From: Candidatus Omnitrophota bacterium
GTDB lineage: Bacteria; Omnitrophota; Omnitrophia; Omnitrophales; JACQQS01
DNA length: 64,000 nucleotides
Reading direction: 5' to 3'
Assembly (NCBI GenBank): GCA_016206925.1
Contig: JACQQS010000070.1
Coordinates: 1,899 to 65,898 of the forward strand
Numbering within the stretch: the first letter of the stretch is position 1; every line of letters begins with the position of its first letter. Positions 8,880-18,559 of the stretch are shown here, piece after piece. The position numbers and the translations under genes were made by a program. The notes below the pieces were generated by a model. That model ran no database searches, was not told the DNA's origin, and was given only the letters and a program-made list of their open reading frames with translations.

Positions 8880-9812
8880 ATGGGTAATCAGATGGCAGAC
8901 TATGATGTAATGGTGATCGGAGCGGGGGGAGCCGGTCTTACGGCTGCGCTCTATACATCCCGTGCCATGCTCTCAACCATTGTTTTGGAGAAATTGACTC
9001 CCGGTGGGCAGATTGCCCTGACGGATGAAGTGGAGAATTATCCCGGGTTTCCGCAAGGAGTGACCGGTCCAAAAATATCGGAGTATATGCTGGAGCAGGC
9101 GAAAAAATACGGCGCGGAGTATGAACTTCGCGAGGTTGCATCAATCAAGCCGCAGGGAAAAGTGATTGAAGTCGAGACGCTTGAGGGAAATATTCGAGCA
9201 AAGGCCGTTATCGTTGCAACCGGAGCTTCCTATCGCCGCCTTGGCGTAACTGGCGAGGAAGCGCTTACGGGAAAAGGTGTTTCTTATTGCGCCACATGTG
9301 ACGGAGCTTTCTTTAAAGGAAAAGAATTGGTGGTGGTCGGCGGTGGCGATGCCGCGATGCAAGAAGGCATATTTTTAACGCGTTATGCAACTAAGATAAC
9401 CGTTGTGCACCGTCGGGACAAGTTGCGTGCTTCGCCGATTCTCCAGGACCGGGCGCGAAACAATCCGAAGATTTCTTTTACCTGGAATACGGTAATCGAT
9501 AGCATTAACGGTGCCAAGAAGGTCGAGTCCGTAACGTTGAAACATGTCGAGAGCGGAGCGAAACAGGATAAAAAGATAGATGGCGTATTTGTCTTTGTCG
9601 GGCAAATTCCTCAGACCGGTTTTTTAAAAGGTGTTCTCGAACTGGATGCCGGTGGATATATCATCACGCAAAATGGTTCGACTCAAACCGGCGTCAAAGG
9701 AGTTTTTGCATGTGGGGAAGTTAGAAGTGGAGCCGTCAAGCAATTGGTGTCGGCTTGCGGTGAGGGATGCGAGGCCGCGCTGGCAGCACAGCATTATATT
9801 GAAAATCAATGA
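8880..9812 (+). CDS. trxB: Thioredoxin-disulfide reductase
   Basis: FAD GxGxxG (VIGAGGAGLTAA), redox-active CATCDG, NADPH site VVGGGDAAMQEG, and C-terminal FACGEV. Confidence 0.95.
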   Translation: MGNQMADYDVMVIGAGGAGLTAALYTSRAMLSTIVLEKLTPGGQIALTDEVENYPGFPQGVTGPKISEYMLEQAKKYGAEYELREVASIKPQGKVIEVETLEGNIRAKAVIVATGASYRRLGVTGEEALTGKGVSYCATCDGAFFKGKELVVVGGGDAAMQEGIFLTRYATKITVVHRRDKLRASPILQDRARNNPKISFTWNTVIDSINGAKKVESVTLKHVESGAKQDKKIDGVFVFVGQIPQTGFLKGVLELDAGGYIITQNGSTQTGVKGVFACGEVRSGAVKQLVSACGEGCEAALAAQHYIENQ

Positions 9813-10324
9813 AGCCGGCCCATCCCGCTATTCTGAAGGCTTTCCGCATGTTTCGCGCGGGGATTTTGCTGCTCGTTTTGTCCGCCATGGCTGAGCCCGT
9901 TCACATACGAAATTTTGAAACTACCCTGTCGGATTTTTCTCTTCCCAAGCTGAACGGCGAGATGGTCAGCTTGTCAGATTTTAAAGGAAAAAATCCGGTT
10001 TTGCTCGTTTTCTTTGCAACGTGGTGCCTCCCCTGTAATGTCGAAGTTCCATTAGTCAATAAGATTCATCGTGAATATGGAGCGAAAGGCCTGGTACTTC
10101 TTGCCATTGATGTTCAGGAATCGAAAATGGAAGTGGAGCAATGGGCAAAAAAACGCGGCGTAGAATATCCGATTCTTCTCGATCAGAAGGGTTCGGTGGT
10201 TCTTGACTACGGGATTTATTCTGTTCCAACCAACATTCTCATTAATTTTGACGGTGAGGTTGCTTTCTGGCATAATGTGCTTCCAAACAAGCGTGTGCTT
10301 GACGCCGTTTTCAGAGGACAATAG
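9809..10324 (+). CDS. TlpA/ResA-like thiol:disulfide oxidoreductase (redoxin), exported
   Basis: ATGA overlap with the trxB stop. N-terminal signal/anchor, thioredoxin-fold motif FFATWCLPC, and Y.V...PT cis-Pro region. Confidence 0.8.
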   Translation: MKPAHPAILKAFRMFRAGILLLVLSAMAEPVHIRNFETTLSDFSLPKLNGEMVSLSDFKGKNPVLLVFFATWCLPCNVEVPLVNKIHREYGAKGLVLLAIDVQESKMEVEQWAKKRGVEYPILLDQKGSVVLDYGIYSVPTNILINFDGEVAFWHNVLPNKRVLDAVFRGQ

Positions 10325-10384
10325 TTTGCGTGGGCGCGCACGTTAGGTGTCTCAAGGCTGATTGGCCGAAAGGAGATTAGGCGC

Positions 10385-10693
10385 ATGGATTATCGTGAAG
10401 AGTTGATCAGGCAGGTAAATCAGCTGTTAGGCGTTCTCAAGCAGATGTTAAAAGCAAACGGTTCCAACAATCCCTTAGTTTGGAAAGATGAGATGGTTGG
10501 CGGCCTGACTTTGAATATATATTTTTGTGAATACCCTCAGTTTTCTGAGGATTCGGATGCTTTCGACAACCTGTTGGATAACGGCTTGTCTGAGGTTGAA
10601 TGGAGCGTTCAATCGGATGAGGGAGAATCGCTCAAATATGAACTGACGGATAGAGATTTGGAGTTTCTTAAGTCCAACGGGTTGGCATTTTAG
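10385..10693 (+). CDS. Hypothetical acidic protein (102 aa)
   Basis: ORF only; AGGAGA upstream. I recognise no family. Confidence 0.45.
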   Translation: MDYREELIRQVNQLLGVLKQMLKANGSNNPLVWKDEMVGGLTLNIYFCEYPQFSEDSDAFDNLLDNGLSEVEWSVQSDEGESLKYELTDRDLEFLKSNGLAF

Positions 10694-10787
10694 GTCTTGA
10701 TTTTACGCGCGAGAAACAGGTAAAGGGATAGCAACGCATTTGGCGCAGCTATCCCTTATTTTTTGGCTGGAAGAGTTCAGGAGAGAA

Positions 10788-11456
10788 ATGGGTAAGCAGT
10801 TGGTTATTTTCGATGCAGATGGTACGCTGGCCGATACAAATCATCAGTTTGTAGAGGCCTATCAAGAGGCTTTTCGAAGAATGGGAAGAGAAGTATCCGC
10901 GGATTTATTGCTTGCCACCGTGGGGATGGGGCATGACCAAGCTGTTCCGCTGGTGACATCGGCGGAGTGGTATAAAGATCATGGCGCCGAATTGATTGAA
11001 ATTGCCGAAAAGATTTATTTGGCGGAATATCTTAAAAAAAGCAGGCTTTTTTCCGGTGCTCTGGAGATCGTGTCGGCGCTCAAAATGAAAGGAAAATCCG
11101 TGGCACTGGCCAGTTCTTCACAGCGGGTGATTATAGATCATTACCTCACTTTTTTCCCCGGAGGGAAAGATGCATTTGCGGCCATCGTTACTTTTGACGA
11201 CGTAACACATTCAAAACCCCACCCTGAACTTTTTCAAAAAATTCTGGATAAACTTCGCATGTCTCCTTTCGAAACATGCGCCGTCGGTGACAGCACATGG
11301 GACATGCGAGCGGCGGAGCGTGCCAGCATTGACGCCATCGCCGTACTTTCGGGCGGCACGCCTGAAGAAGAATTAAAAAAGTACGGCGCAAAAGAAATCT
11401 ATAAAGATGTGAAGCATCTCCTGCGGTTATTGAATCGTTCCCTCATCATCACGTAG
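10788..11456 (+). CDS. HAD-superfamily hydrolase (phosphoglycolate phosphatase-like)
   Basis: I prefer ATG 10788 (AGGAGA 4 nt upstream) over the TTG at 10740. HAD motif I is FDADGTLADT, motif II LASSS, and motifs III/IV K....VGDSTWDM. Confidence 0.8.
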   Translation: MGKQLVIFDADGTLADTNHQFVEAYQEAFRRMGREVSADLLLATVGMGHDQAVPLVTSAEWYKDHGAELIEIAEKIYLAEYLKKSRLFSGALEIVSALKMKGKSVALASSSQRVIIDHYLTFFPGGKDAFAAIVTFDDVTHSKPHPELFQKILDKLRMSPFETCAVGDSTWDMRAAERASIDAIAVLSGGTPEEELKKYGAKEIYKDVKHLLRLLNRSLIIT

Positions 11457-11494
11457 GATTTAAACTAATCTCCAGAGGACAGGCGGCTGTAGAC

Positions 11495-12328
11495 ATGGCC
11501 GGGCAAAAAATTAAGGCGGCTTGCATCCAGATGGCGGCGACGTCGGATGTAGAAAAGAATTTAGATCTCGCCGAAAAAATGATTCGACGGGCCGTCAAAA
11601 AAGGCGCTCGGCTTGTTTGTCTCCCCGAAGTATTTCATTTCAGGGGGGATTCTTCCAAGCTGAATTTGATCTCCGGATTTATTCCCGGAAGCATTACCCG
11701 TCGATTTCAAAAGCTGGCAAAGGAAAAGGGGATTCACGTATTGCTGGGCTCCGTGATAGAGCGAAGCAAAAGACGGGGAAAATTTTATAATACAAGCGTG
11801 TTCATAGATTCGAAAGGCCGGATCATGGCCACGTATAGGAAGCGCCACTTATTTGAAATTCGGCGCCGGGGAATGGGGCAGATCGTTGAAGCCAAAGGCG
11901 GAATGTTGCGTGGAAACAAAGATGCCGTTGTCGACATCGAAGGGATTTGCCTGGGGCTTGCTGTTTGTTACGATATCCGCTTTCCGGAGTTCTTGGGACG
12001 ATTGGTCCGGAAGGGTGCGGAAATTATGCTGCTTCCCTCCAACTTTGTTTTTGAGACGGGGAAAGCTCATTGGGAAGTTCTCTGCCGTGCTCGGGCAATT
12101 GAAAATCTCTGCTATGTTGTCGCGCCCAATCAGGGCGGCAAAAACCCGCATTCGGGTGTGCGCTCTTTTGGCCGATCTCTGATCGTAGATCCGTGGGGCC
12201 GAGTACTGGCGCGCGGCTCTTTGTCCGGCAATGAAGTTCTGACAGCCACTTTGGATTTGGGACTCTTGAGACGGATCCGCCGCGAGTTTCCAACGCTGAA
12301 GAAGCGGTTTTCCTCCTCGTCTTTCTAA
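11495..12328 (+). CDS. Carbon-nitrogen hydrolase (nitrilase/omega-amidase family)
   Basis: CN-hydrolase catalytic E-K-C context: LPEVF, YRKRHLF and GLAVCYDIRFPE. Confidence 0.85.
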   Translation: MAGQKIKAACIQMAATSDVEKNLDLAEKMIRRAVKKGARLVCLPEVFHFRGDSSKLNLISGFIPGSITRRFQKLAKEKGIHVLLGSVIERSKRRGKFYNTSVFIDSKGRIMATYRKRHLFEIRRRGMGQIVEAKGGMLRGNKDAVVDIEGICLGLAVCYDIRFPEFLGRLVRKGAEIMLLPSNFVFETGKAHWEVLCRARAIENLCYVVAPNQGGKNPHSGVRSFGRSLIVDPWGRVLARGSLSGNEVLTATLDLGLLRRIRREFPTLKKRFSSSSF

Positions 12329-12401
12329 ATTCGTGATCGGCAAGCGGCTTCATGATTTTTAATTGTGATTTCAGATCGGGTTGTATAGGTTTTGTAAAAG
12401 G

Positions 12402-13643
12402 CTAACGGCGCGCTCCGCCACCCCCCGGACCGCCACCGCGTGGTCCTCCACCTTGTCTGCCGTGTTGTGGACCTTGGGGCCCGCCGCCGGCTCCTCCGCG
12501 CGCTCCGCCGCTCATAGGACCGCTGTGCGGTGAACCATTAGGCCCGCCGCCATGGCCTCCTTGAAAAGCTTCGGGGTTTTGATGGCCTCCCTGCGCTCCG
12601 CCTGTGCTACGGGGTCCTTCTCCTTGCATGCGGAAACCTTCGGACCCGCCTCTTTTATTGTCCTGTGGTCCCCGATGTTCGCCGCGCATACTGCCCATTT
12701 CACCGCGCATGCCGGGCATATTACCGCGCTCACTGCCGAACCCGTTTTCGCGGCGGTTTTCCTGCATCACTTCTTTCGCATGATGCCGCTCCTGCCTGTC
12801 GGACACCCCGTCATGATTTTGGTCCGCCTTGCGTTCAAACTGATTCTGCATCTGATGTTCTCGCGCTTCTTTTCTTTCACCGGGTCCGAGAAAGCCGTCG
12901 TTGTTTTTATCTGCAATGTCAAAAAAACCTTCCGGCTTGTAATTTCCTTCTGAACTAAGGATACCGCCCGACGGATTTTGCATTCCATCAGGCACGCTTT
13001 CAAAAGCAGCGGGCTCTACCTGAAAAGGATTCATTTGTTCCTGTCCATTCATCATGTGTTCGCGCGCAAGCTTCCTTTCGAAATCATCCACAAAACCATC
13101 CTGATTTCTGTCGGCTTTGCCTTGAAAAGGCATGAACTCTCCGGATCCGTTGCTGTTTCCTTGCGTGTCTGACTCAACTTGGCCATCGTGTGCTTCTGCC
13201 CAGGCACGCTCGAGAGGCCCGATTCTTCCGTCGTTATTCTTGTCCAGAACGTCACGCATATGTTCTGCTTTCATCTGATCGCGAGTCATATCCGCCGCTT
13301 TTGCCTCACGCGGTCCGATCCGGCCATCTTTATTTCTATCGGCTCTTGGCCCGTTCATTTCGTCCATGCCGAGTTTGTCTTTATGATGCTCAGCCATATT
13401 AGCGGCGTGTCCTTGATGACCCTGCATCCCTTGCGGACGCATTTCGTGTCCGGGTCCACCGGCCTGATTGTGCATAGCCGGACCGGGATTTCCACCTTGT
13501 GGTTTGTGTCCACCGTCCAAATTTCCTTGGGGGTGATTTGCGGGACCGCCGCCGTGACGTGGCGGTTCAGCTAAAGAGAGATTGTTGAGGGAGAAGAAAG
13601 CAACAACGATTGCTACGAGAATGACTAGCAGATTTCTGGGCAT
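12402..13643 (-). CDS. Secreted protein with five EF-hand-type loops and Gly/Pro/His/Met-rich tails
   Basis: I prefer the start at 13643 (GGAGG 6 nt upstream; signal peptide MPRNLLVILVAIVVAFFSLNNLSLA) over 13688. There are five 12-residue D-x-N-x-D-G-x-(I/V/L)-x-x-x-E loops: DRNKDGRIGPRE, DKNNDGRIGPLE, DRNQDGFVDDFE, DKNNDGFLGPGE and DQNHDGVSDRQE. Confidence 0.75.
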   Translation of the reverse strand: MPRNLLVILVAIVVAFFSLNNLSLAEPPRHGGGPANHPQGNLDGGHKPQGGNPGPAMHNQAGGPGHEMRPQGMQGHQGHAANMAEHHKDKLGMDEMNGPRADRNKDGRIGPREAKAADMTRDQMKAEHMRDVLDKNNDGRIGPLERAWAEAHDGQVESDTQGNSNGSGEFMPFQGKADRNQDGFVDDFERKLAREHMMNGQEQMNPFQVEPAAFESVPDGMQNPSGGILSSEGNYKPEGFFDIADKNNDGFLGPGERKEAREHQMQNQFERKADQNHDGVSDRQERHHAKEVMQENRRENGFGSERGNMPGMRGEMGSMRGEHRGPQDNKRGGSEGFRMQGEGPRSTGGAQGGHQNPEAFQGGHGGGPNGSPHSGPMSGGARGGAGGGPQGPQHGRQGGGPRGGGPGGGGARR

Positions 13644-13903
13644 TTTGAGCCTCCGTGCGAAAAATTCCTTATTAAAATGAGTGGCCAACTAAAAAATAGG
13701 CGCTCAGCACGCCTACAGTAAAAGCCTGCCATATGCTTCTGTGGATGTCAAAGAGAGAGAGAGTCGAGTGGAAGGAATTTTTTCGTGGAATTTTTGCGGG
13801 AAATAGATTTCTTCGGATAAGTTCCTATAATTTCTGATATTAAAAATAGCCATCCGGAAATTTTTGCATCCATAAGTTGTGGAAAACAAATGTATTACAA
13901 TTC

Positions 13904-13932
13904 TTGACATATGTTTGCAGCTTCAATAGAAT
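13904..13932 (+). promoter_or_regulatory. Sigma70-type promoter candidate for rplU-rpmA
   Basis: TTGACA (13904-13909), 17-nt spacer, TAGAAT (13927-13932). Confidence 0.5.
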
Positions 13933-13955
13933 CATGCACTTTTGGAGGCTGGACA

Positions 13956-14288
13956 ATGAAAGTTAAAGCGATAATTCGGGACAGGGGCCATCAATTAACC
14001 GTTAGTGAAGGCGATGTTTTTGAAGTAAACCGCCTGAATGGAAAAATTGGTACAGAAGTCTCGTTGAACGAGGTCTTATGCGTGGATACGGGAGAAGAAG
14101 TTCGTGTCGGCCAACCTCTTTTAAAAGGTGCCGCGGTTCATTGCAAGATTATGGACCACACGCGCGGCAAGAAAGTTTTTACGTTCAAGATAAAACGCCG
14201 TAAGAATTACCGTAGAAGGTCAGGGCACCGTCAAGACCTGACAAAACTAGTGGCGAAAAGCATTAAATTCCTGCCCGCCGGCGGGTAG
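13956..14288 (+). CDS. rplU: 50S ribosomal protein L21
   Basis: I prefer ATG 13956 (GGAGG upstream) over 13911. MKVKAII..RGHQL.V.EGDV and HTRGKKV..FK.KRRKNYRR..GHRQ match L21. Confidence 0.93.
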   Translation: MKVKAIIRDRGHQLTVSEGDVFEVNRLNGKIGTEVSLNEVLCVDTGEEVRVGQPLLKGAAVHCKIMDHTRGKKVFTFKIKRRKNYRRRSGHRQDLTKLVAKSIKFLPAGG

Positions 14289-14308
14289 GCTAATCTTTCG
14301 GACTAACC

Positions 14309-14554
14309 ATGGCACACACCAAAGGACAAGGTAGCACACAGAATGGGCGCGACAGCCGCCCCAAGAGTTTGGGTGTGAAAGCCTATGGCGGACAGTTTGT
14401 CACAAAAGGTTCTATTATCATACGCCAGAGGGGAACTCGATTTTCACCCGGCCAAAATGTAGGCAAAGGCAACGATTACACTTTGTTTGCCTTGAAGGAC
14501 GGAATTGTTCAATTTCTGTCCAATCGCAGAGTCAACGTTTTACCGAAAAACTAA
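14309..14554 (+). CDS. rpmA: 50S ribosomal protein L27
   Basis: [47 protein letters not shown] is canonical L27. Confidence 0.95.
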   Translation: MAHTKGQGSTQNGRDSRPKSLGVKAYGGQFVTKGSIIIRQRGTRFSPGQNVGKGNDYTLFALKDGIVQFLSNRRVNVLPKN

Positions 14555-14589
14555 ATCCCGGCTCCTTTCTTCTGCTGTGAGTCGGACAA

Positions 14590-14619
14590 GAAACCACCCT
14601 TGCGGTGGTTTTCTTTTTT
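14590..14619 (+). terminator. Rho-independent terminator candidate after rpmA
   Basis: GAAACCACC / GGTGGTTTTC stem (7-9 bp) with loop CTTGC, followed by a T-run (TTTTTT). Confidence 0.55.
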
Positions 14620-14641
14620 AAAGGAGCATTGACGCCTTACC

Positions 14642-15598
14642 ATGTTTATTGATGAAGTTGCCATTACCGTTCAGTCAGGATCAGGAGGACGCGGGTGTGA
14701 AAGTTTTTGTCTGCGTACCGATCATAAGAAGGTTCCCGATGGCGGTGACGGCGGCAAGGGAGGCGATATCATCTTCTGCGCGGATAAAAACGTTTCCGGT
14801 TTGGAAGACTTTGTCAACAGGCGCGTTATTCGTGCAGAGGCCGGTGGATCCGGAGGAGCAAATTTTAAAACCGGCAGGAGCAGTGCTCCAGTTGTTATGC
14901 GACTCCCTTGCGGTACGCTCATTTTAAATCGGGAAACCGATCTCCGAATTCGAGATCTTGCTGACCATGGCGATGAGGTTGTCGTGGCAAAAGGCGGAAG
15001 AGGGGGCGCAGGCAATCAACATGGTCGTCGCGTGTGTGATCCTGGTGAGGGTCATGCTGTTCAATTAATGTTGATTCTCAAACTGGTCAGTCATGTCGCG
15101 TTGGTTGGCCTGCCCAACAGTGGAAAATCTCTTCTCTTGAATCAATTAACCGGCGCGCGCGCCAAAGTAGATACTTACCCTTTCTCGACGAAATCTCCTC
15201 AACTGGGCGTGTTCGAAGCCTCTGATTATCGTCAGCTAAAAATATGCGAGCTGCCGGGAATTCTGGAAGGTTCTCACGCCGGAAAAGGGCTTGGCAACAA
15301 ATTTTTAAGGCATCTTGAGCGGACACAGCTGATCGTCGTACTGCTGGATCCATTCAATGACTACAAATTGGGCGTGCGCGAAGGTTATAAAGTGCTTCTT
15401 CATGAGCTGGGGCGCTATGCCGAAAATATACCCGATATTCCTCGCATGATCGTTGTCAATAAATCTGATCTGCCCGGCTTTGCTAAGCGCTTAGCCGGCA
15501 TGAAGTCCGAATTCAAGGAACCGGTATTTCTAGTTTCTGCGCTGACGGGAAACGGAATCGATAAGTTAAAGCAGGCATTGGAGCGAGCTGTCTCATGA
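14642..15598 (+). CDS. obg: GTPase Obg/CgtA (short form, no C-terminal TGS-like domain)
   Basis: Obg-fold N-terminus (MFIDEV.I.V.SG.GG.G..SF...DGG.GG.GG.I) and G domain (GLPNSGKSLLLN, ELPG, NKSD). It is only 318 aa. Confidence 0.9.
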   Translation: MFIDEVAITVQSGSGGRGCESFCLRTDHKKVPDGGDGGKGGDIIFCADKNVSGLEDFVNRRVIRAEAGGSGGANFKTGRSSAPVVMRLPCGTLILNRETDLRIRDLADHGDEVVVAKGGRGGAGNQHGRRVCDPGEGHAVQLMLILKLVSHVALVGLPNSGKSLLLNQLTGARAKVDTYPFSTKSPQLGVFEASDYRQLKICELPGILEGSHAGKGLGNKFLRHLERTQLIVVLLDPFNDYKLGVREGYKVLLHELGRYAENIPDIPRMIVVNKSDLPGFAKRLAGMKSEFKEPVFLVSALTGNGIDKLKQALERAVS

Positions 15599-16731
15599 AT
15601 ACGAATGCGGGTAATCTTTGTAAGCGCGTCCGCCGCATTGTTCTAAAGATCGGTACAAGCGTGCTAACAACCGCGAAAGGTCATTTTTCGCTTGCGGCCG
15701 TTAATCAGCTGGTCAATCAGATTGCTTCCTTGAGAAAGGATGGCAAGGAAATGATCGTTGTCAGTTCCGGAGCCATTGCCTGCGGAATGGATACGCTTCG
15801 GATTACGGCCCGGCCCAGGACGCTTCCCGAACTTCAGGCTTGCGCAGCCGTGGGGCAGGGCAAGCTGATGAAAGCATACGAAGATGCAGCCATTCAACAT
15901 GGTTTTCATACCGCTCAGATTTTGCTTACCCGGGACGGTCTCTACGACCGTTTGCGTTACCTGAATTTTCGAAATACCTTGAATTCTTTGCTCGCCCTCG
16001 GCGCCGTTCCCATTGTAAATGAAAACGATTCGGTCAGCACCGATGAGATAAGGTTTGGAGATAATGACATGCTTTCAGCGCTCGTGGCTGCGGCCGTTCA
16101 GCCGGATTTGCTCATACTTTTGACGGATGTTTCCGGATTAATCGATCGCGCCAAACATACACGCATTCCGCGAATCGCTTCCGTGACTGAATTGGATCAC
16201 GCCATAAAGAATCATGTTTATGACGAGGTCAGGCAACATACCGTGGGAGGCATGTTTGCGAAATTAAAGGCCATCCGCATTGTGATGCGGTCCGGCGTTA
16301 CGGCCGTAATGGCGGACGGCAAGTTGGAGAATATACTTGAGGATATTCTTCAAGAGAAAGATTGTGGTACATTTTTTATTCCTGTGAAAAGCAGATTAAA
16401 AGGCCGCAAACAATGGTTGGCCCACCATGCGAAAGTGAAGGGCGTATTGGCCGTCGATAGCGGCGCTTACGAAGCGCTTGTGATGTCGGGCAAAAGTCTT
16501 TTGGCTAGCGGAGTCCGGCGCGTTGAAGGAAATTTTAAGGAAGGAGACATTGTCTCTATCTGCGATCATCACTGCCGCGAATTCGCCAGGGGGCTTGTTA
16601 ATTACTCGTACGAAGATTTATGCAAGATTATGGGAAAGAAAAGCCAGGAGATAAGTGCTATACTGAACGCCACAACGTTCCGGGAAGTTATTCATCGAGA
16701 CAATCTTGCCGTACTTCTGGAGAACGAATGA
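15595..16731 (+). CDS. proB: Glutamate 5-kinase (with PUA domain)
   Basis: ATGA overlap with obg. RIVLKIGTSVLT, VSSGAIA.G and NENDSVSTDEIRFGDND motifs, plus a C-terminal PUA domain (GDIVSI...ARGLVNYS). Confidence 0.95.
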   Translation: MNTNAGNLCKRVRRIVLKIGTSVLTTAKGHFSLAAVNQLVNQIASLRKDGKEMIVVSSGAIACGMDTLRITARPRTLPELQACAAVGQGKLMKAYEDAAIQHGFHTAQILLTRDGLYDRLRYLNFRNTLNSLLALGAVPIVNENDSVSTDEIRFGDNDMLSALVAAAVQPDLLILLTDVSGLIDRAKHTRIPRIASVTELDHAIKNHVYDEVRQHTVGGMFAKLKAIRIVMRSGVTAVMADGKLENILEDILQEKDCGTFFIPVKSRLKGRKQWLAHHAKVKGVLAVDSGAYEALVMSGKSLLASGVRRVEGNFKEGDIVSICDHHCREFARGLVNYSYEDLCKIMGKKSQEISAILNATTFREVIHRDNLAVLLENE

Positions 16732-17987
16732 CGACCTCCAAATTGGCTTTCCTTCTTGCTAAGAGGGCCCAAGACGCCGCCTCGGTCCTGGCCCAACTGC
16801 CTTCCGTGAAAAAGATTAAAATCCTTCGCGATGTGGCCCGGCGCATGCGCGGTTCGGTCAAATTCATGCTTGCTGCCAATCGGCGCGATGTGGAAACCGC
16901 CAAGAAACATGACTTGCCGCCTGCCATGTTCGATCGGCTTTCTCTAAATGAGAGTCGGATCCAGGCCATGGCGAAAGCTGTGGATGACGTGGCCGTATTG
17001 CCGGATCCTATAGGAGTGTGCCAGAAGCGTTGGACAAGACCCAACGGTCTTAAACTTGAAAGAGTGACGGTGCCGCTCGGGGTGATATTGATCATATTTG
17101 AATCTCGGCCAAATGTGTCAAGCGAATGCGCATCACTTTGCCTTAAGAGCGGGAATAGCGTCATTTTGCGGGGCGGCAAGGAGGCATTTCATTCGAACCG
17201 GGCGATTGCGGGAATCTATCAGAGCGTATATGAAAAACATGGGGTTTCCAAAGCAGCCTGTCAGGCGGTCAGTACAACGGATCGCAAGCTCGTGTCGGAG
17301 CTTCTTAAACAGGATGATTTGATCAATTTGGTTATTCCGCGCGGAGGGGAAGGTCTTATTCGAACCGTTGCCTCAGAATCTCGCATTCCGGTGATTAAAC
17401 ATTACAAGGGAATTTGCCACGTCTTCATTGATAAAAACGCAGATTTGGAGCAAGCCGTCCAAATCGTTATCAATGCGAAATGCCAACGGCCCTCGGTTTG
17501 CAATGCTATCGAAACATTGCTTGTTCACCGGGCTGTTGCCGGACGGGCACTGCCGGCTGTTTGCTCTGCGCTGGAAGAAGAAGGCTGTGAGTTAAGAGGA
17601 GATGCGGAAACGAGAAGAATTGTCGGCAAGAGTGTTTCACCCGCTTCGGAAGAGGATTGGCGTACGGAATACCTGGATAAAATTCTTTCTATCCGTATCG
17701 TGAAAGACATCGATACGGCTATTGATCACATTAGAAAATATGGTTCGGCGCATACGGATGCCATCGTATCGAAAGATGTTCGAGCCATACAGAAATTCGT
17801 TCAACAAGTGGATTCGTCATCCGTGATGGTCAATGCGTCAACTCGGTTCTCCGACGGAAATGAGTACGGCTTTGGAGCGGAGATGGGTATCTCTACGGAC
17901 AAGATTCATGCGCGCGGGCCCATGGGACTCGAGGGATTAACATCTTATAAGTACATCGTCCGCGGAAAAGGGCATATAAGGAAGTGA
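16728..17987 (+). CDS. proA: Glutamate-5-semialdehyde dehydrogenase
   Basis: I prefer ATG 16728 (ATGA overlap with the proB stop) over 16620, which would overlap proB by 112 nt. Motifs include IFESRPNV, ILRGGKEA, PRGG..LI, CNA.ETLLVH, and HTDAI and NASTRF.DG..FG.GAE.GIST.K.HARGP. Confidence 0.95.
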   Translation: MTTSKLAFLLAKRAQDAASVLAQLPSVKKIKILRDVARRMRGSVKFMLAANRRDVETAKKHDLPPAMFDRLSLNESRIQAMAKAVDDVAVLPDPIGVCQKRWTRPNGLKLERVTVPLGVILIIFESRPNVSSECASLCLKSGNSVILRGGKEAFHSNRAIAGIYQSVYEKHGVSKAACQAVSTTDRKLVSELLKQDDLINLVIPRGGEGLIRTVASESRIPVIKHYKGICHVFIDKNADLEQAVQIVINAKCQRPSVCNAIETLLVHRAVAGRALPAVCSALEEEGCELRGDAETRRIVGKSVSPASEEDWRTEYLDKILSIRIVKDIDTAIDHIRKYGSAHTDAIVSKDVRAIQKFVQQVDSSSVMVNASTRFSDGNEYGFGAEMGISTDKIHARGPMGLEGLTSYKYIVRGKGHIRK

Positions 17988-18553
17988 AGATAGGAATTGT
18001 CGGCGGATCGTTTGACCCGCCGCATTTCGGGCATTTAAACCTGGCGGAAGAAGCAAAAAGGCGGTTGTCGTTAGATCGTGTTTATTTGGTCCCCGCCGGC
18101 CAACCTCCCCACAAATCACCTGAGGATCTTTCGCCGCCATTACTTCGATATAGAATGACACGCCTTGCGGTACGGAACCGGCCTGGGCTCGAAGTCTCGG
18201 ATGCCGAAATCAGGCGGCCCCCTCCATCCTATACGGTTGACACCTTAAGAGACTTTCGGCAGGAATTCCCTTACCCTCATGAATTATTTTTTATTGTCGG
18301 CGAGGACTCGCTCGGAATTATTCATACCTGGAAAGATCTGCCCATCATTTTTGAGTCATGCCGTTTTTTTGCCGCTACGCGGCCGGGCTTTGAGTTCGTT
18401 TTTTATCCGGAAGAAGTCAGGAAGCTTGCCATCGATGGTTTGGATATTGCCTCCTCAGAAATTCGAAAGAAAATCAAAGAGGGCGAGGATGTTAACGAAT
18501 TCGTTCCCTACAAAGTCTTGCAGTTGATTGAGAAGGAAGGACTCTACCGTTAA
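17984..18553 (+). CDS. nadD: Nicotinate-nucleotide adenylyltransferase
   Basis: GTGA overlap with proA. GIVGGSFDPPHFGHL (HxGH) and a C-terminal ISS.EIR motif. Confidence 0.9.
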   Translation: MKIGIVGGSFDPPHFGHLNLAEEAKRRLSLDRVYLVPAGQPPHKSPEDLSPPLLRYRMTRLAVRNRPGLEVSDAEIRRPPPSYTVDTLRDFRQEFPYPHELFFIVGEDSLGIIHTWKDLPIIFESCRFFAATRPGFEFVFYPEEVRKLAIDGLDIASSEIRKKIKEGEDVNEFVPYKVLQLIEKEGLYR

Positions 18554-18559
18554 GGTCCG

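Noticed and set aside
11849-12343. A 164-aa ORF on the - strand, plus other ORFs overlapping the nitrilase gene.
   Set aside because: They are antisense or out of frame relative to the CN-hydrolase gene, which carries the catalytic CYDIRFPE block.
13713-13910. A 65-aa ORF on the - strand in the rplU upstream region.
   Set aside because: It covers the promoter-like region of rplU, and has no SD and no motif. It is probably non-coding.
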